Source: Podarcis tiliguerta (lineage: Eukaryota). From it: a DNA stretch of 64,000 nucleotides. A program made the translations under genes and the position numbers. Positions 38,494 through 50,798 of the stretch are shown piece by piece (positions within the stretch are counted from its first letter, which is position 1; each line of letters opens with the position of its first letter). The stretch is taken from assembly GCA_965153285.1 (NCBI GenBank), contig OZ229111.1; one strand, 5' to 3'. The notes beneath the pieces were generated by a model that saw nothing but the letters and a program-made list of their open reading frames with translations, had not been told where the DNA came from and ran no database searches.

Positions 38494-40289
38494 GTACTAT
38501 ATTGTAAATCACTTTGATATGCCTTGTGGGAAGTCATTCATAAATATAATTAAGCAAAGAGTAAAATGTATTTATTGACAATGCAGTATTTAGTAAAATT
38601 GTTTGTTAAATTGTTGCTGTTGTTGTTTATTAATTGTCTCTCTCCCTAAGGGCAGTGGGTTCTAAAAATGTGCACCTCTGGTGTCAAAAGCCAGGGTGAA
38701 GAGGTGTGTCTTCAGCATTCACCAAAAGCTGTATAATGGAGGTCCCCTTGGTGGGGAGGGAGTTCAACAAGGTGGGGGCTGCCACATAGAATCCCCTCTC
38801 CTGTGTCGCCACCCCTAACATATTGTATTGTTAATGTAGTAAGGTAAGCTGACCTTTGTGATGCATTTGCCCTTGAAAGGTGCTTGACTTTCTGTGAGGG
38901 GTAGTCAGGGTAGAGCCAACAGCCTGCAGCTTTATAGGAATCTCCAGTTGATTGTGAGAGTGTAGAGCTGAATTGAAAAATGAAGACCTAGATCTTATAG
39001 AAGTTTGCATTTTTACTTTTTTTTTTTGCTCTGCAACATTTGGCTTGGCTGGCTTGTATGACTCATCTGGTACCTATAAAGGCCTTTCTACACTGCTCTC
39101 TGCAGTTTATCGTTTTTCAAGGCTGGCCCAAGGCTAACTGCTGCCTGAGGCAAAGGACAAGATGGTGTCTTTCCCGTTCCATGTAGAAAAGCTGAATATT
39201 ACTTCAACACTAGAGATGGGATAGTGTCCTCTGCTACTCCTGAGGGCCTAAGGCTAGCTTAGTAAGGGAAAGGGCGCACATAGTTCTGTTTTACATTAAC
39301 ATTGGAGAAATGTATGTTTTCTATTTTTGTATAAAATGCAGAGCAGTCCCACATTAAACTAGCCTCCTTTGAGAGGAAGGGTGGGATATACATTTAAAAA
39401 ATAAATAACGATAAATGACAAACTTTCTTCCTTAACAAGTGACACTTCCTGTTGCCTAACTCACTTAGCCCTATTTCAAAATTGATAGTCACATACACTT
39501 ACAAAATCTTACACAGAAAGCAAAAAAAGAAATGGGGTGGAAGAAGAGGAAGAAGGAAACAAGGAAAGTTAGCTGTGAGTCTATATAAAAACAGACCACA
39601 GTTCAAATAATTCCAAGAATGCAAGGCATATGTTGTTGAATTTATTACTGGCATTCCATCTGCTAATTATTGCTTGTTCCTTTACTGCCAGATCTAGCAG
39701 AACCCCTGTCCTACTGCCAGTTTTTAAAGGATTCTCTGCTTTTTGGACACTTGTAGCTCTTAGGAAAACACAAATGTTAATTCTTTGTAATATTCCACTT
39801 GAATGCTTTATACCCAAGAGTCATGTTGGAAGCAGCAGTGCTTAGGGCTGTCTCGAGGGCAGAACAAACCTATTGTGTGACTTCCAACCAAAATGGCACA
39901 ATAGCCATACCATGTGAGCTATAGTTCCCTCATGCTCTGTTCATCTCCAGTGGTGGTGTTTGGCTGAATTAGCCCAAGCTAACAGAATCTATACGGAACC
40001 CAAAATATACAGAAAATATTTTTTTTGAATAAAATATAATTCCATATTGAAAGCAGATGTTTTAAAATCATAATACAGCATAATTATTTAAATCATAATA
40101 CTACAAAGATTGCAGTTGGATTCCAGTTTCCTTTCTTCATTTTAGCAGTATCTGTAACTGGATCCTAGTATATTGGGTGATTCATTTGGAAGAAGGCACT
40201 CTTTGAAATATCTTGGACTGAATCTGCGCTGAGTCAACAAAAATTGGATTGGGCTGCACAGTTTATCTACCAACTAATTTACAGTAGTG

Positions 40290-40858
40290 AATTCAAATCT
40301 CCAGAGCATGATGAGCTGTACCAAAGGGTACTAAAGGAGTTTGAAGATGTAATCTCAGAGCCTCTGCCTATAAGCTTTGAGAATTCCCGGGGAATAGGTG
40401 AGATCCTTGCAGACTGGAGATGGGTAAATGTTGTCCCAATCTTCAAAAAGCAGGGAAAAGAAGACCATGGTAATTACCAACTGTTCAGCTTGACATCAAT
40501 GTGAGGAAAGGTCCTATAGCAGATAATTAAACATTTGGTCTGTGAGCACTTATAAAAGGATGCTGTGATTACTAAAACCCACGATGGGGATCTCAAAAAC
40601 AAGTCCTGCCAGACAAATCTCATTTCTTTTTTTGATATACTTACAAGCTTGATGGATCAAGGGAATGCTGTGGACATATTGCATCTTGATTTCAGTAAGG
40701 CTTTTGACATAACCCCCCTACTCTTGTGCAGAACCTAGAAAATGTGGGCTGGATGTGGTAACTGTTAGATGGATTTGTAGCAGGTTGACTGACCAAATGC
40801 AAACAGTGCTCACTAATGGTTCCTCATCATTCTGGGAAAAAGTGACAAGTGGAGTGCA
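40290..40858 (+). mobile_element. Degenerate CR1 LINE RT fragment
   Basis: Collinear with 61420-61990 (FKSP..DEL..RVLKE..DVISEPL..FENS...ADWR..NVVPIFKK), with stops and frameshifts. Confidence 0.9.
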
Positions 40859-41587
40859 TTGATGCTGTTCAACCAGGAACACAATAAGTGTATCTTGCCT
40901 CTGGAACATCCTTGTACTCAGCAGCAAGAGCCAAACATTCAGCTGTACAGCTCAAGTAGGTTGCATGCCAGTCTGCCAGCATGTATCGGCCCAAAGTTAG
41001 CCCCATTGAAATGACTGGACTTACTTCAAAGTTAACATGCATAGGATTCTGCTGTTAGGCCTTAAAATACTGGCAGTTACGTCATTCAGAGTCTCACTTC
41101 CTCTTTCCTGACAGAGGGAGGGAGAGAGATGTGGGTGGGTGTCTGTCTGGTGGTAGATATTTTCAGAACCAAGTAAGCAACAAAATTGGAAAACATTGTT
41201 CTTTTGACCTAACCTGTCTTTTATATTCCACCCATTTTACATTTCTTAAAAATACTGCAAATTGCAATATTTAGTCTACATTAAGCCCTTTCAAACTATG
41301 CAGAACTGGTGTGTCTGTGTCCGTTATCTTTCATTTTTTTCAAAACTGTTTTTTCAATAGTAGTGTTGAGTGAAACAGGAAGTGTGCCTGTTTAATCGTT
41401 TCTATAGTAAAAATAACATTGATAATGTGCTTTGTGGAGCATATTGAAGTGTCAAAAGCATGGTGTCCAAGAGCCCTTGCTTCAGAAATCACATTGCGAT
41501 GTATTATGCTTATTTTCGCCTTTACCCTTTCAAAACAGCAGGTTCAAGCTGATGTTTGAACTTCAAACAGAGGATTGTGTCATAAAC

Positions 41588-42100
41588 CGGAGAGATGGAG
41601 TGGTGTAGTGCAGGGGTCGGCAAAGTTTTTGTGGCTTGGGCCAGTTCACAGGCCCTCAGACGGTGTGGTGGGCCAGACTGCGCATGCACGCATGTGAAAA
41701 TGCTATTTCCGGCACTCCTTCTGACACGGAGGAGGCATGCGCAGCCAATGGGAAGCCAGCCAACATCATGGAAGGCGGTCCCTGCTCTGCTCTGCACCAG
41801 TTTAGTGTGGCGCACGGGAGCCAACCAAGTGGGCAGTGGGGGTCCATGGGCCAGTTAAATGACCCCCATGGGCTGCTTGTGGCCCATGGGCCTTAGCTTG
41901 CTGACCCCTGGTGTAGTGGTTAATGCTGGATTAGGATGACCCATGAAGCTCACTGTGACCTTGAGCCAATCACTATCTCTCAGCTTAACTAGCTCCATGG
42001 GGTAGCTTGGAAGATAAAATGTATGCGTATGTGGTGGGGCAGTAAACAATGTAGGCCACTCTGAATTTGGAGGGTGGGTGGGTTAAAAATGTAATAAATT
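41588..42100 (+). mobile_element. Squam3(A)-like SINE interrupted by a hAT MITE
   Basis: ggagag...tggtgtagtg | gttaatgctgga...gtgaccttgagccaatcactatctctcagc...aaaaatgtaataaat. Confidence 0.7.
41611..41910. mobile_element. hAT (Charlie-like) non-autonomous element
   Basis: TIRs caggggtcggcaa / ttgctgacccctg, with a perfect 8-bp TSD gtgtagtg (41603-41610, 41911-41918). Confidence 0.9.
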
Positions 42101-42693
42101 ATAACTAAACGATCTTATGTTACAAATGATATTGGTGATTCAAACAAAAGGATTTAAGTTCACATGGCAGCCTAATGGTTATACTCGTTTTCAAATGAGA
42201 ATGAATATACTGTAGATAAGTATCTTGAAGACTGAGATATTGGAATACACAAACAAGGTTGCACACACATCATATATTTAAAGCACATTTCAAGTACACA
42301 CCCACCCCAAAATTATCCCTCACAGAGCTGTAATGCCCAGCCTAATTTTGTATTACAGGATCTCAGGAACTCTGACAAAACATAACGTTTATTAAACTGG
42401 AAACTCTCCATGTGCTCCCCCTTGCCCCTACCTTTCATCCTGATTTTAGTATGGTTTCTTTTAAACCACAGTTCTCTGTTACATCACATCTTCTTACCTG
42501 ATTTCTTCACCAAAAATCCCCACTCAGAGCTAGGAAACAGAGAGGGAAGGTGCCCTTTTGCCTAAGTAATGTTTGTGACAAATAAATAAACATATTTTTA
42601 AAACAGACCTTTTTATTAAAGTGATGAAATAATATATTGATTTGCCTCTATTCCATCTTTTCCTGCAACATGCAGGCAATTTTTGTAAGGAAC

Positions 42694-42840
42694 CATGGGC
42701 ATAGCCAAGGGGGGCAGAGGGGGGCAGCTGCCCCCCCCAAATCAAGTAAGTAAATAAAAATGCTTAACTAATTAACCAATTGCATGGCAGATAGCTCTGT
42801 TCTGCCCCTCCCCCAAACATAAGTCCTAACCATGCCTGTG
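42694..42840. mobile_element. hAT-type MITE
   Basis: Ends catgggcatagcca / taaccatgcctgtg, with a perfect 8-bp TSD taaggaac (42686-42693, 42841-42848). Confidence 0.8.
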
Positions 42841-44725
42841 TAAGGAACCTCAAACACTACAAGGCAGCAAAGTATATAAAAATATTCTGAATGAACAAAC
42901 AAGCATAGTACAGAGGTTAATTGCAGCATTGTATCCACAAACCATTTCTTATCCTGATACAATCTATATTTTCTTTGTAAAATTTCAGAAGGCGATTTTG
43001 TGGTTACAGTATCACTTGTCAGTTCAGATAACTGAAAATCCAGCACCTGGGTAAATAATTAGGAGAATAATTATGTGTTAGTCTTAGGTATATTAATCTA
43101 TACTGAAGAATTACATTTTTCCTACAGTTAAAAAAAGGTTAAGACCAAGTACTGGCTAATAAATGTGTGTCCACAATATATTACTGAACCTCATTTATCA
43201 GCATGGCTATGAATCTCAATTATTTAAGACCATCAGAATCAAAATACCTATGTCTGGCAACTGAAGTTGTGCTGCGTACATATACAACTGTGAATAGTTA
43301 TTTATGCAGGAATTTTGTACCTCTACCTCAGCCAAGGCCTCAGGTTAGTTGACCAGGAACTTTTTAACTTTTAGTAGCAAGTGAAATTTGACACTAATGA
43401 AAAGTGTACATTTTCCAAAGTTGAACCATTTTTTCCTTCAGCCCACAAGGTCAATCCCTCCAGCTGAATTTAGCAGATTTGTCTTCACTCCTGAGGATAG
43501 CAATCAGCCATTGTGATTGTGATACCTGCAGGGATCCCGATTTCAGTGTGATCCCAGAACTTGGGATTGTGATCCCTGCAGTGCCTGTGGGAGAAGTTTA
43601 AACTTTAGAAGATGTAGGTTTCTGGCAGGAGTCAAAACTAATTTAGGTGGCTGAATAGTTTTTTTCTGTAAAACACTTCAAACCACTTCAGCAAACTACT
43701 GAATAAACATACTGAACCGACCTGTTGCCAGAGAAGTCCAGGACCCAGCTATTCAGCTGGAAATAAAACATTTTAAATATGTTGTAAAGTGCAATATACA
43801 AATGTGACACTAAATGGCGATACTGAGCTATGCAAATTTCAATGTATTTCTCAAAACGTTTTTAAAAAAAGCATTTTCACAGCATTTTTTAATATGTGTG
43901 TAGATTCCACTTCTCTCTATGACTAAATTGATCTAGCCAGCAATTGTACCCACCCCTCTAATAATTCCCTAAGCATTGGAAACTATTGCTTTTGTTTAGT
44001 AGGTGCAGTATACTTCCTCTCCTTTTACAGTCTGGAAAGTACAGCTTCAGGATGTTTTTCCCCCCTTTTAAATTCTTCTGTTGTTTTTAAATAGTTTCTA
44101 TACACTGTTGAGCCCTTGGGATAGGCCTGCCTGAGGTTTAAAAATAAATAAAGAGAGGGGCCCTATAGGGTCTGAGTTCTGAAATTCAGTGGGTGTAGCC
44201 TTTGACAAGGGCCTTTCTTGTGTTTTTGTCAAAGCTGCCTCTGCTATTGGTGGGACTGAGAGAAGCAACTGGGAAGTTACATAACTTGGACAGGCTTGTA
44301 TGGAAGAAGGCAGTCCATCAAGTAACATAATCCCAAACTCTTTGGGCTTTGTAAGTCCTAACCAGCATTTCCTTATGTATTTAATACATTTATATAACAC
44401 TTAAATATTCACATTTCTAAGCAAACTTTTTAAAAAAAAAATCCACAGAAAATGGGACAATAAAATGATTTTTTAAATTGTCATAAAGCCAAACATTACC
44501 TTTGAATGCCTGCAGGAACAAGAAAGTCTCAATCATACACTAGAAGCTCAGCAAAGAGGACGTCTGTTCCACCTGTCCACAACATTGGTTGTACATCTTC
44601 TAGTAATCACAATTGCGCCTGAAAATAAGCTGGTAGCTAATGATGCTATAACACACACAACATAGCGCTGGAGAGATGTAGCCCTATGAAGCGTGTCCCA
44701 TCATCTGAGTTGTGTTCTTCTAAGG

Positions 44726-44861
44726 CAGGCATCCCCAAACTTGGCCCTCCAGCTGTTTTGGGACTACAACTCCCATCATCCCTAGCTAACAGGACCAGTG
44801 GTCAGGGATGATGGGAATTGTAGACCCCAAATATCTGGAGGGCTGAGTTTGGGAATGCCTG
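44726..44861. mobile_element. hAT-type palindromic MITE
   Basis: caggcatccccaaact ... agtttgggaatgcctg, with TSD ttctaagg/ttcaaagg. It is an uninterrupted relative of the element at 61218-63000. Confidence 0.85.
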
Positions 44862-45594
44862 TTCAAAGGACTCAACCCTTGTCTGAACACTCACAGCGGT
44901 GGGGTTGCCGGTGCTTGTGCACAGGAGATCATGGAAAGCGGGGTGCAACAGCGTTATCATGTGTGTTCTGGTGGGTGGGTGGGTGTCCCTGTCATTGGGG
45001 ATTCATTGTCTCCCTGTGTGTGTGGCTGGCATGTGGGAGTCATAGCCACGCAACTCCTAATTGGTGGCATTACTAAGGATTCTGAGGGCATGGCTGACAT
45101 TTTTGTGGCATTTAATTATTTCCCAAGCGATGTCTTTCACTTTCCCCTCCTAGGCTGAGCACATATAGGACACAGTGCTCAGTGTGCTACCATGCAGAAT
45201 TGCTTGAAAAGTCTAGGAAAGTAAGCACAGCCAGCTGAATGGCCCATTTTTCATACGTCTTCTCTCTTCTTTCCACTGCCACTACAGTACTACATACTGT
45301 ATATCTGAAATAATTATTGTACCAACCAACTCTTTGTTGTTGCTGTGCTGTAATCTATTAGAGGAACATATATTTAGTCTTTCCAAATGTACAGGCTCGC
45401 TATTCCAAAAGCTAATAAAAAACATATTTTTTTCCTGGACCTAAATTATGTTTTTTGTTTCCTTTCATGTATTGGCATTTTATTTTTTAATTTGATCAAC
45501 TCCATATTATTCATTTTAACCAGACTTAACACCATAAGAGGAGCCCTGCTAGGTCAGACCAAAGACCTATCTAGTGCAGCATTCTGTTCTCACA

Positions 45595-45966
45595 TGGGGG
45601 TGGCGCTGTGGTATAAACCACTGAGCCTCTTGGGCTTGCCGATCAGAAGGTCAGTGGTTCGAATCCCCACGACGGAGTGAGATCCCGTTGCTCTGTCCCA
45701 GCTTCTGCCAACCTAGCAGTTTGAAAGCATGCCAGTGCTAGTAGATAAATAGGTATCTCTGTGGCAGGAAGGTACGGCATTTCTGTACACACTGGCTTCC
45801 ATCATGGTGTTCCATTATGCCAGAAGCGGTTTAGTCATGCTGGCCACGTGACCCAGAAAGCTGTCTGTGGACAAACACTGGCTCCCTTGGCCTGAAAGCG
45901 AGATGACCGCCGCAACCCTATAGTCACTTTTGACTGGACTTAACCGTCCAGGAGCCTTTTACCTTT
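45595..45966 (+). mobile_element. Sauria SINE
   Basis: gggtggcgctgtgg..taaaccactgagcc...gatcagaaggtc.gtggttcgaatccc...ctgccaacctagcagt...gactggacttaaccgtc...tttaccttt, with a 13-bp TSD ttctg(t/g)tctcaca. Confidence 0.92.
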
Positions 45967-46413
45967 TTCTGGTCTCACAGTAGCTTACCAGATGCCCTAT
46001 GGGAAGCCCATAAACAAGATTTGAGCATAAGAGTAATCTCCCCTCCTGCAGTGTCCAGCAAGTAGTAGTCAGAAACATATTGCCTTTGACTGTGTATAGC
46101 AATTGATAGCTTTATCCTCCATGAATTTGTCTAACACTCTTTTAAAGCCATCCAAGTTGGTGGCCATCACTGCCTCCTGTGGGAGAGAGTTCCATAGTTT
46201 AACAATGGTCTCTGTGAAGAAGTATTTTCTTTTGTCTGTCTTCAGTCTTCTAGCCCTTAGCTTCACTGGATGTCCACATGTTCTAGTGATATGAGTGATA
46301 GAGAAAAACATCTCCTCTGTCCGCTTTCTTCATGCTATCACTAGTTTTATACATTTCTGTCATGTTACCTCTTACTCACATTTTCTCTAAACTAAAAAGC
46401 CCCAAATAAAATA

Positions 46414-46670
46414 CAGTGGTAGCTCAGGTTAAGTACTTAATTCGTTCCGGAGGTCCATTCTTAACCTGAAACTGTTCTTAACCTGAATCACCACTTTAGC
46501 TAATGGGGCCTCCTGCTGCTGTCATGCCGCTGGAGCACAATTTCTGTTCTCATCCTGAAGCAAAATTCTTAACCTGAAGAACTATTTCTGTGTTAGCGGA
46601 GTCTGTAACCTGAAGCGTATGTAACCTGGAGCATATATAACCTGAAGCGTATGTACCTGAGGTACCACTA
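46414..46670. mobile_element. Tc1/mariner (Tigger-like) MITE
   Basis: ta|cagtggtagctcaggtt ... acctgaggtaccacta|ta, with internal aacctgaag repeats. Inverted relative of 16069-16268. Confidence 0.88.
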
Positions 46671-47908
46671 TATAACCTTTCCTCATAGGGAGGTATTGCC
46701 ATCTCCTTTTCTGAATCTACAATATCCTTTTCAAGGTGAGGTGACTGGCTTTTATTAAGGAGTACCTGTATATTCAACCCACTTGTGAGAAGAAGAAGAA
46801 AAACAGCTCAAAAAATTCACAGCAGTTCAGGAAATATTGAATTAGCTAATGACTACCTACACTTTATTTTAAGATACACACAAAGATTAAGAGCAACACC
46901 ATAGGCAGCTATTTCTAATTTTGTCATCATATGTTTTAGGGCACCAGCTGTTTGCCTTTTTAAAAAAGGAGCATAAAAACTGGACGAAATATTTTACTCA
47001 TCCAGCAGCAGCAACAGCAGCAACAACAAAATGAATATGCCATCTTGCTATTAGTCGACATAACGAAACGTTTCTTCCCTTGGATTTTGACTGACCAGAG
47101 GAAGTTTTCAGTAGTTGGCAACCACCAAGAATGTGCAAATGTAGAGCCACCATTGTAAGAAACGGTCCCTTTATATAATTCCCTTTATAGAATCCCCATT
47201 AGTAGTCACGATGGTGTAAAATTGCAGCATCTTGCTGTGAGTATAGTCCCACTACTAAGGAGCCAGTTTGAACAATGGTACAAATGTGGCAAACTTACTG
47301 TTGACCTTACAACATCACCCTTCCTCAATCTGCCGCCCCCCCATATGTTTTACATTGCAGTTCCCATCAGCTCTAGATGGCATGTCCAATGATCAAGGAT
47401 GATGGGAGTTGTGATCCAAAGTATATGGAGCGCACCACGTTGGGTCGGGTGACCCTGCATTTTCCTCAGTTATTTACATAGGAACCAACATTCATTTCCT
47501 TATGATGCTTGGAGAATCCTGTCAGGATGATCATGCAAAAAAGAGGGAAAATATTCTACTGATTCTGACTGTTTAAAGGCCACTGTTGAGGGATCATTCC
47601 AGGTCTCTAATTGGTCAATGTACAAGACATTAATTAGTCCAGTGAAATATGCACATATGCTTTAGTCCCTTTTCTGTGGCTTTCATTCTGTAGTATCAGT
47701 AAATAATATCAGTCTTTGCAAATATGTTTCTGTGAAAGCAAGGAATATCAAGTAAGGACATCAGCTCATCATAACTGACGTGAACTAATTTTGCTAATGC
47801 ATCTGATTAGCAAAAATGATTATGGGTTAATTACGCAGAACTTCTGTTTTGCCATAGGCATAATGTACATATCCAAGAATGACTCTGGAGCCTAGAAAAT
47901 ACGCATTA

Positions 47909-47947
47909 TCTACTTACTTACTTGCTTGCTTGCTTGCTCGCTTGCTT
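47909..47947. repeat. (CTTA)/(CTTG)n tetranucleotide microsatellite
   Basis: tacttacttacttgcttgcttgcttgctcgcttgctt. Confidence 0.8.
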
Positions 47948-50025
47948 CATTTATATACTGCCTTGAGTGCTATGGCACTCAGAGTGGTTTGCAATTTAAA
48001 GCCAAAAATATTTAAAATGCAGAAGGCAAAACAATGAAACAGCAAAATCATCTCAGGCCTTTTTGAGTCTTTCCGATAGTTGATAGTACAAGCTCCCTGA
48101 CCTTGGCAAATCCTCTGCTGCCCTTTTCTGTGAGCACATGGTCTTTAAGTTATCCTGGGAAAGCTGTGGGAGAACTTAACATTCCCCCTGCACTGAAGAC
48201 CCAAGTGTTCAGCTTGCAGTTAAATAAGCAGCAAAGCACTGATTGTTTGTATGCCCTTCCTCTCAAAGGAGCCCAGGGCAGCAAAGATCAAAATGTTAAA
48301 CAAATACGACTTAAAATAAAATAAATCATATTTTGAACCATTAAATCCATCTAAAACATTTAAAACCACATAAAAACATTCAAATACTTTCACATCGTGG
48401 CACCCAGCTTCCATTGCAGTAAAGAGCCTTCTGTGAACAGAAGGACAGCACTGGACACAACCTATTATTACTGCATGAAATCAGGATGCCATGTTACATT
48501 GTAGTACATTTTATGCCATAAATTTCCCACATTAAAGCACTAGATGATGCAGAAAAACCTCTGTTTTTTTTACCTTCAGGACAATTTATATATTTTTTTG
48601 CTTTTACAAAACTTAATATTTCAGTTACGTTTCAGATAAGATAAAAAAATGGGTACTCTTTATTTGACTAGATCAATAATGTTCAATTGGAGCCAGAAAG
48701 CTCACTAAATAATTGCACAGTTTCACCATCTGAAAATGTGATGCGAATAGCTCCATTATTCATCTCAGAGGATGCTTTGGAGAAGAATGAGGCCATAATA
48801 CCCTGCCATACCCACTGAAATCTGACAGTGATCCAAGCCCAGAACATTAATTCTGTGAATGGAATGTAAATAGCTAGAATAGATTACAACACTATCCAAA
48901 CCCCAAGCAGGAAATTCAGAGATACTTAAGGTTTTGTCTCACAGAGAGAAGAAAAGATAGGGGTATATAAAAGAACCCTTCTTTCATTTGCTCATGTTAA
49001 ATATCTGATACGCATGTAGAAACATGCAACACAAAGCAGATCATGAAAATGCTGCTGATTCTCTGAGCTTGCTTTCCCTCACAGGAGAAAGGACTTCAAG
49101 GGAGACAGTCCAACCAGTCTCTGCAGGATCTGCCTAGAGCTGGAAACGAGAGGCAGCTTGGATGGCCGCCTTGAACTTCAGGCAGGTGATGTTGATGAAA
49201 GCCTAGGAAGTCACCTTGAAGACATTAATCATGCTGCCTGCCTGGAGGCTTTGGAGCTGGCCCCATCGCGCTCAAGAAGAGTGTGTGTTGCCTGAACTCA
49301 GTGAGCAGACAGACGTTTCCTGGCCTTTTATTAATGAATAAAGTAATACATAAATCCAAGCCCAGCAAATGTCTGGCTGCCCACCTGAGTGCAAGGAAAC
49401 AATTATGCTATAAACAAACAAACAAACGAGATGCAAGATATTAGCTTGGGTCCTCAGTCTTTGTAAGCAGAATTTGGCTCATGGGAGACTTCTGCTGGAC
49501 AAAAAAGGGGAGAGGGATTTTTTTTATCATTTCCTGCCCACCTTCAGTGTAATTTTCTGTGCTCTCCTGAAAACCACACAGTGTAGCAATAGATGGAAGG
49601 AACCCTCCCATTTGTGGAAACAACACTGGCTCTGAACCAGTTATCTATCTGTAAAGCCAATATAATTACTCCTATGCCCTCTACATAGGCTGCTGGAATT
49701 CATCTTAGCTCCATGCAGGGACTCAGCTAGATCGGCAAAGAAAAAGTGCTTTACATGCGTTGTATATGCATTATAATACTGTGACACCAGATGGTGATGT
49801 GGAGTTCTGTTCTTGCCAGCGTGGTTTCCCATACAAAGTTTACAATGCGTTTTCTTGAAACACTTCTTTGATGTGTCTAGATCCAGCTCAGGTGACCCGA
49901 GACACCAGTAGCCAGAAGACCTTCATAGCTAGAGGTGAGCCCTGGAGTTTTTCATTCAGGCCAGCGTGCTCTACCCAGTTTTCAGGCTGCTCAGCCAGAT
50001 CCCCTTGCCTTGGGTGGATCAAGAG

Positions 50026-50277
50026 CAGGGGTAGGCAACCTAAGGCCCGTGGGCCGGATGTGGCCCAATCACCTTCTCAATCTGGCCCGCAGATGGTCCG
50101 GGAATCAGAGTGTTTTTACATGAGTAGAATGTATCCTTTTATTTAAAATGCATCTCTGGGTTATCTGTGGGGCATAGGAATTCGTTCATTCCCCCCCCCA
50201 AAAAAATATAGTCCGCCCCCCCCATGGTCTGAGGGATAGTGGTCTGGCCCACCGCTGAAAAAGGTTGCTGATCCCTG
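50026..50277. mobile_element. hAT (Charlie-like) non-autonomous element
   Basis: TIRs caggggtaggcaacct / aggttgctgatccctg, with TSD atcaagag/atcaagat (7/8 match). Confidence 0.85.
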
Positions 50278-50363
50278 ATCAAGATGCTGCCTGAGGTAAG
50301 CACAACCACTGCCACTGCTGCAGCTGGAGTAGCAGCAGTAAAGTAAATTATGTAATCAAAGTA

Positions 50364-50617
50364 CAGACATACCTCAGAAGTCGAACAGAATTTGTTCTGG
50401 AAGTCCATTCGACTTCCGAAGCATTCAACTTCCAAAGCACAGCTTCTGATGGGCTGCAGGAAGTTCCTGCAGCCGATTAGAAGCTGTGGAAGCCCCATCG
50501 GACATTCGGCTTCCAAAAGACGGTTCGAAAACTGGAACACTCATTTCCGGTTTAAGATTGTTTGGGAGCCGGAACGTTTGACTCCCAAGGGATCATTTGG
50601 GAGCCGAGATATGACTG
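50364..50617. mobile_element. Tc1/mariner (Tigger-like) MITE
   Basis: ta|cagacatacctc ... gagatatgactg|ta. Inverted relative of 26334-26594. Confidence 0.85.
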
Positions 50618-50798
50618 TAAACCACAAAAATCAATAAAATCTAGGTAAAATTGCTTATTCAGTATAAACACCAAGATATGTGATGAGCTTTTGCTGAGCT
50701 TGGAATTTTTGGTGAAAAGCAAGTCTGGCACCCAGCTTAACACTCCAAGCTTAATTCTAACGCTTAACTCAATCCAGGAATTTAGAGAAGTCTATCAC

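Larger units (their letters stand above)
45530..46745 (-). mobile_element. CR1 LINE 3' fragment, interrupted by a Sauria SINE and a mariner MITE
   Basis: ORF 46069..46311 reads TRTCGHPVKL..RRLKTDKRKYFFT..IVKLWNSLPQEAVMATNLDGFKR.LDKFMED, the CR1 ORF2 C-terminus. The 3'UTR continues to ~45530. Confidence 0.88.
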
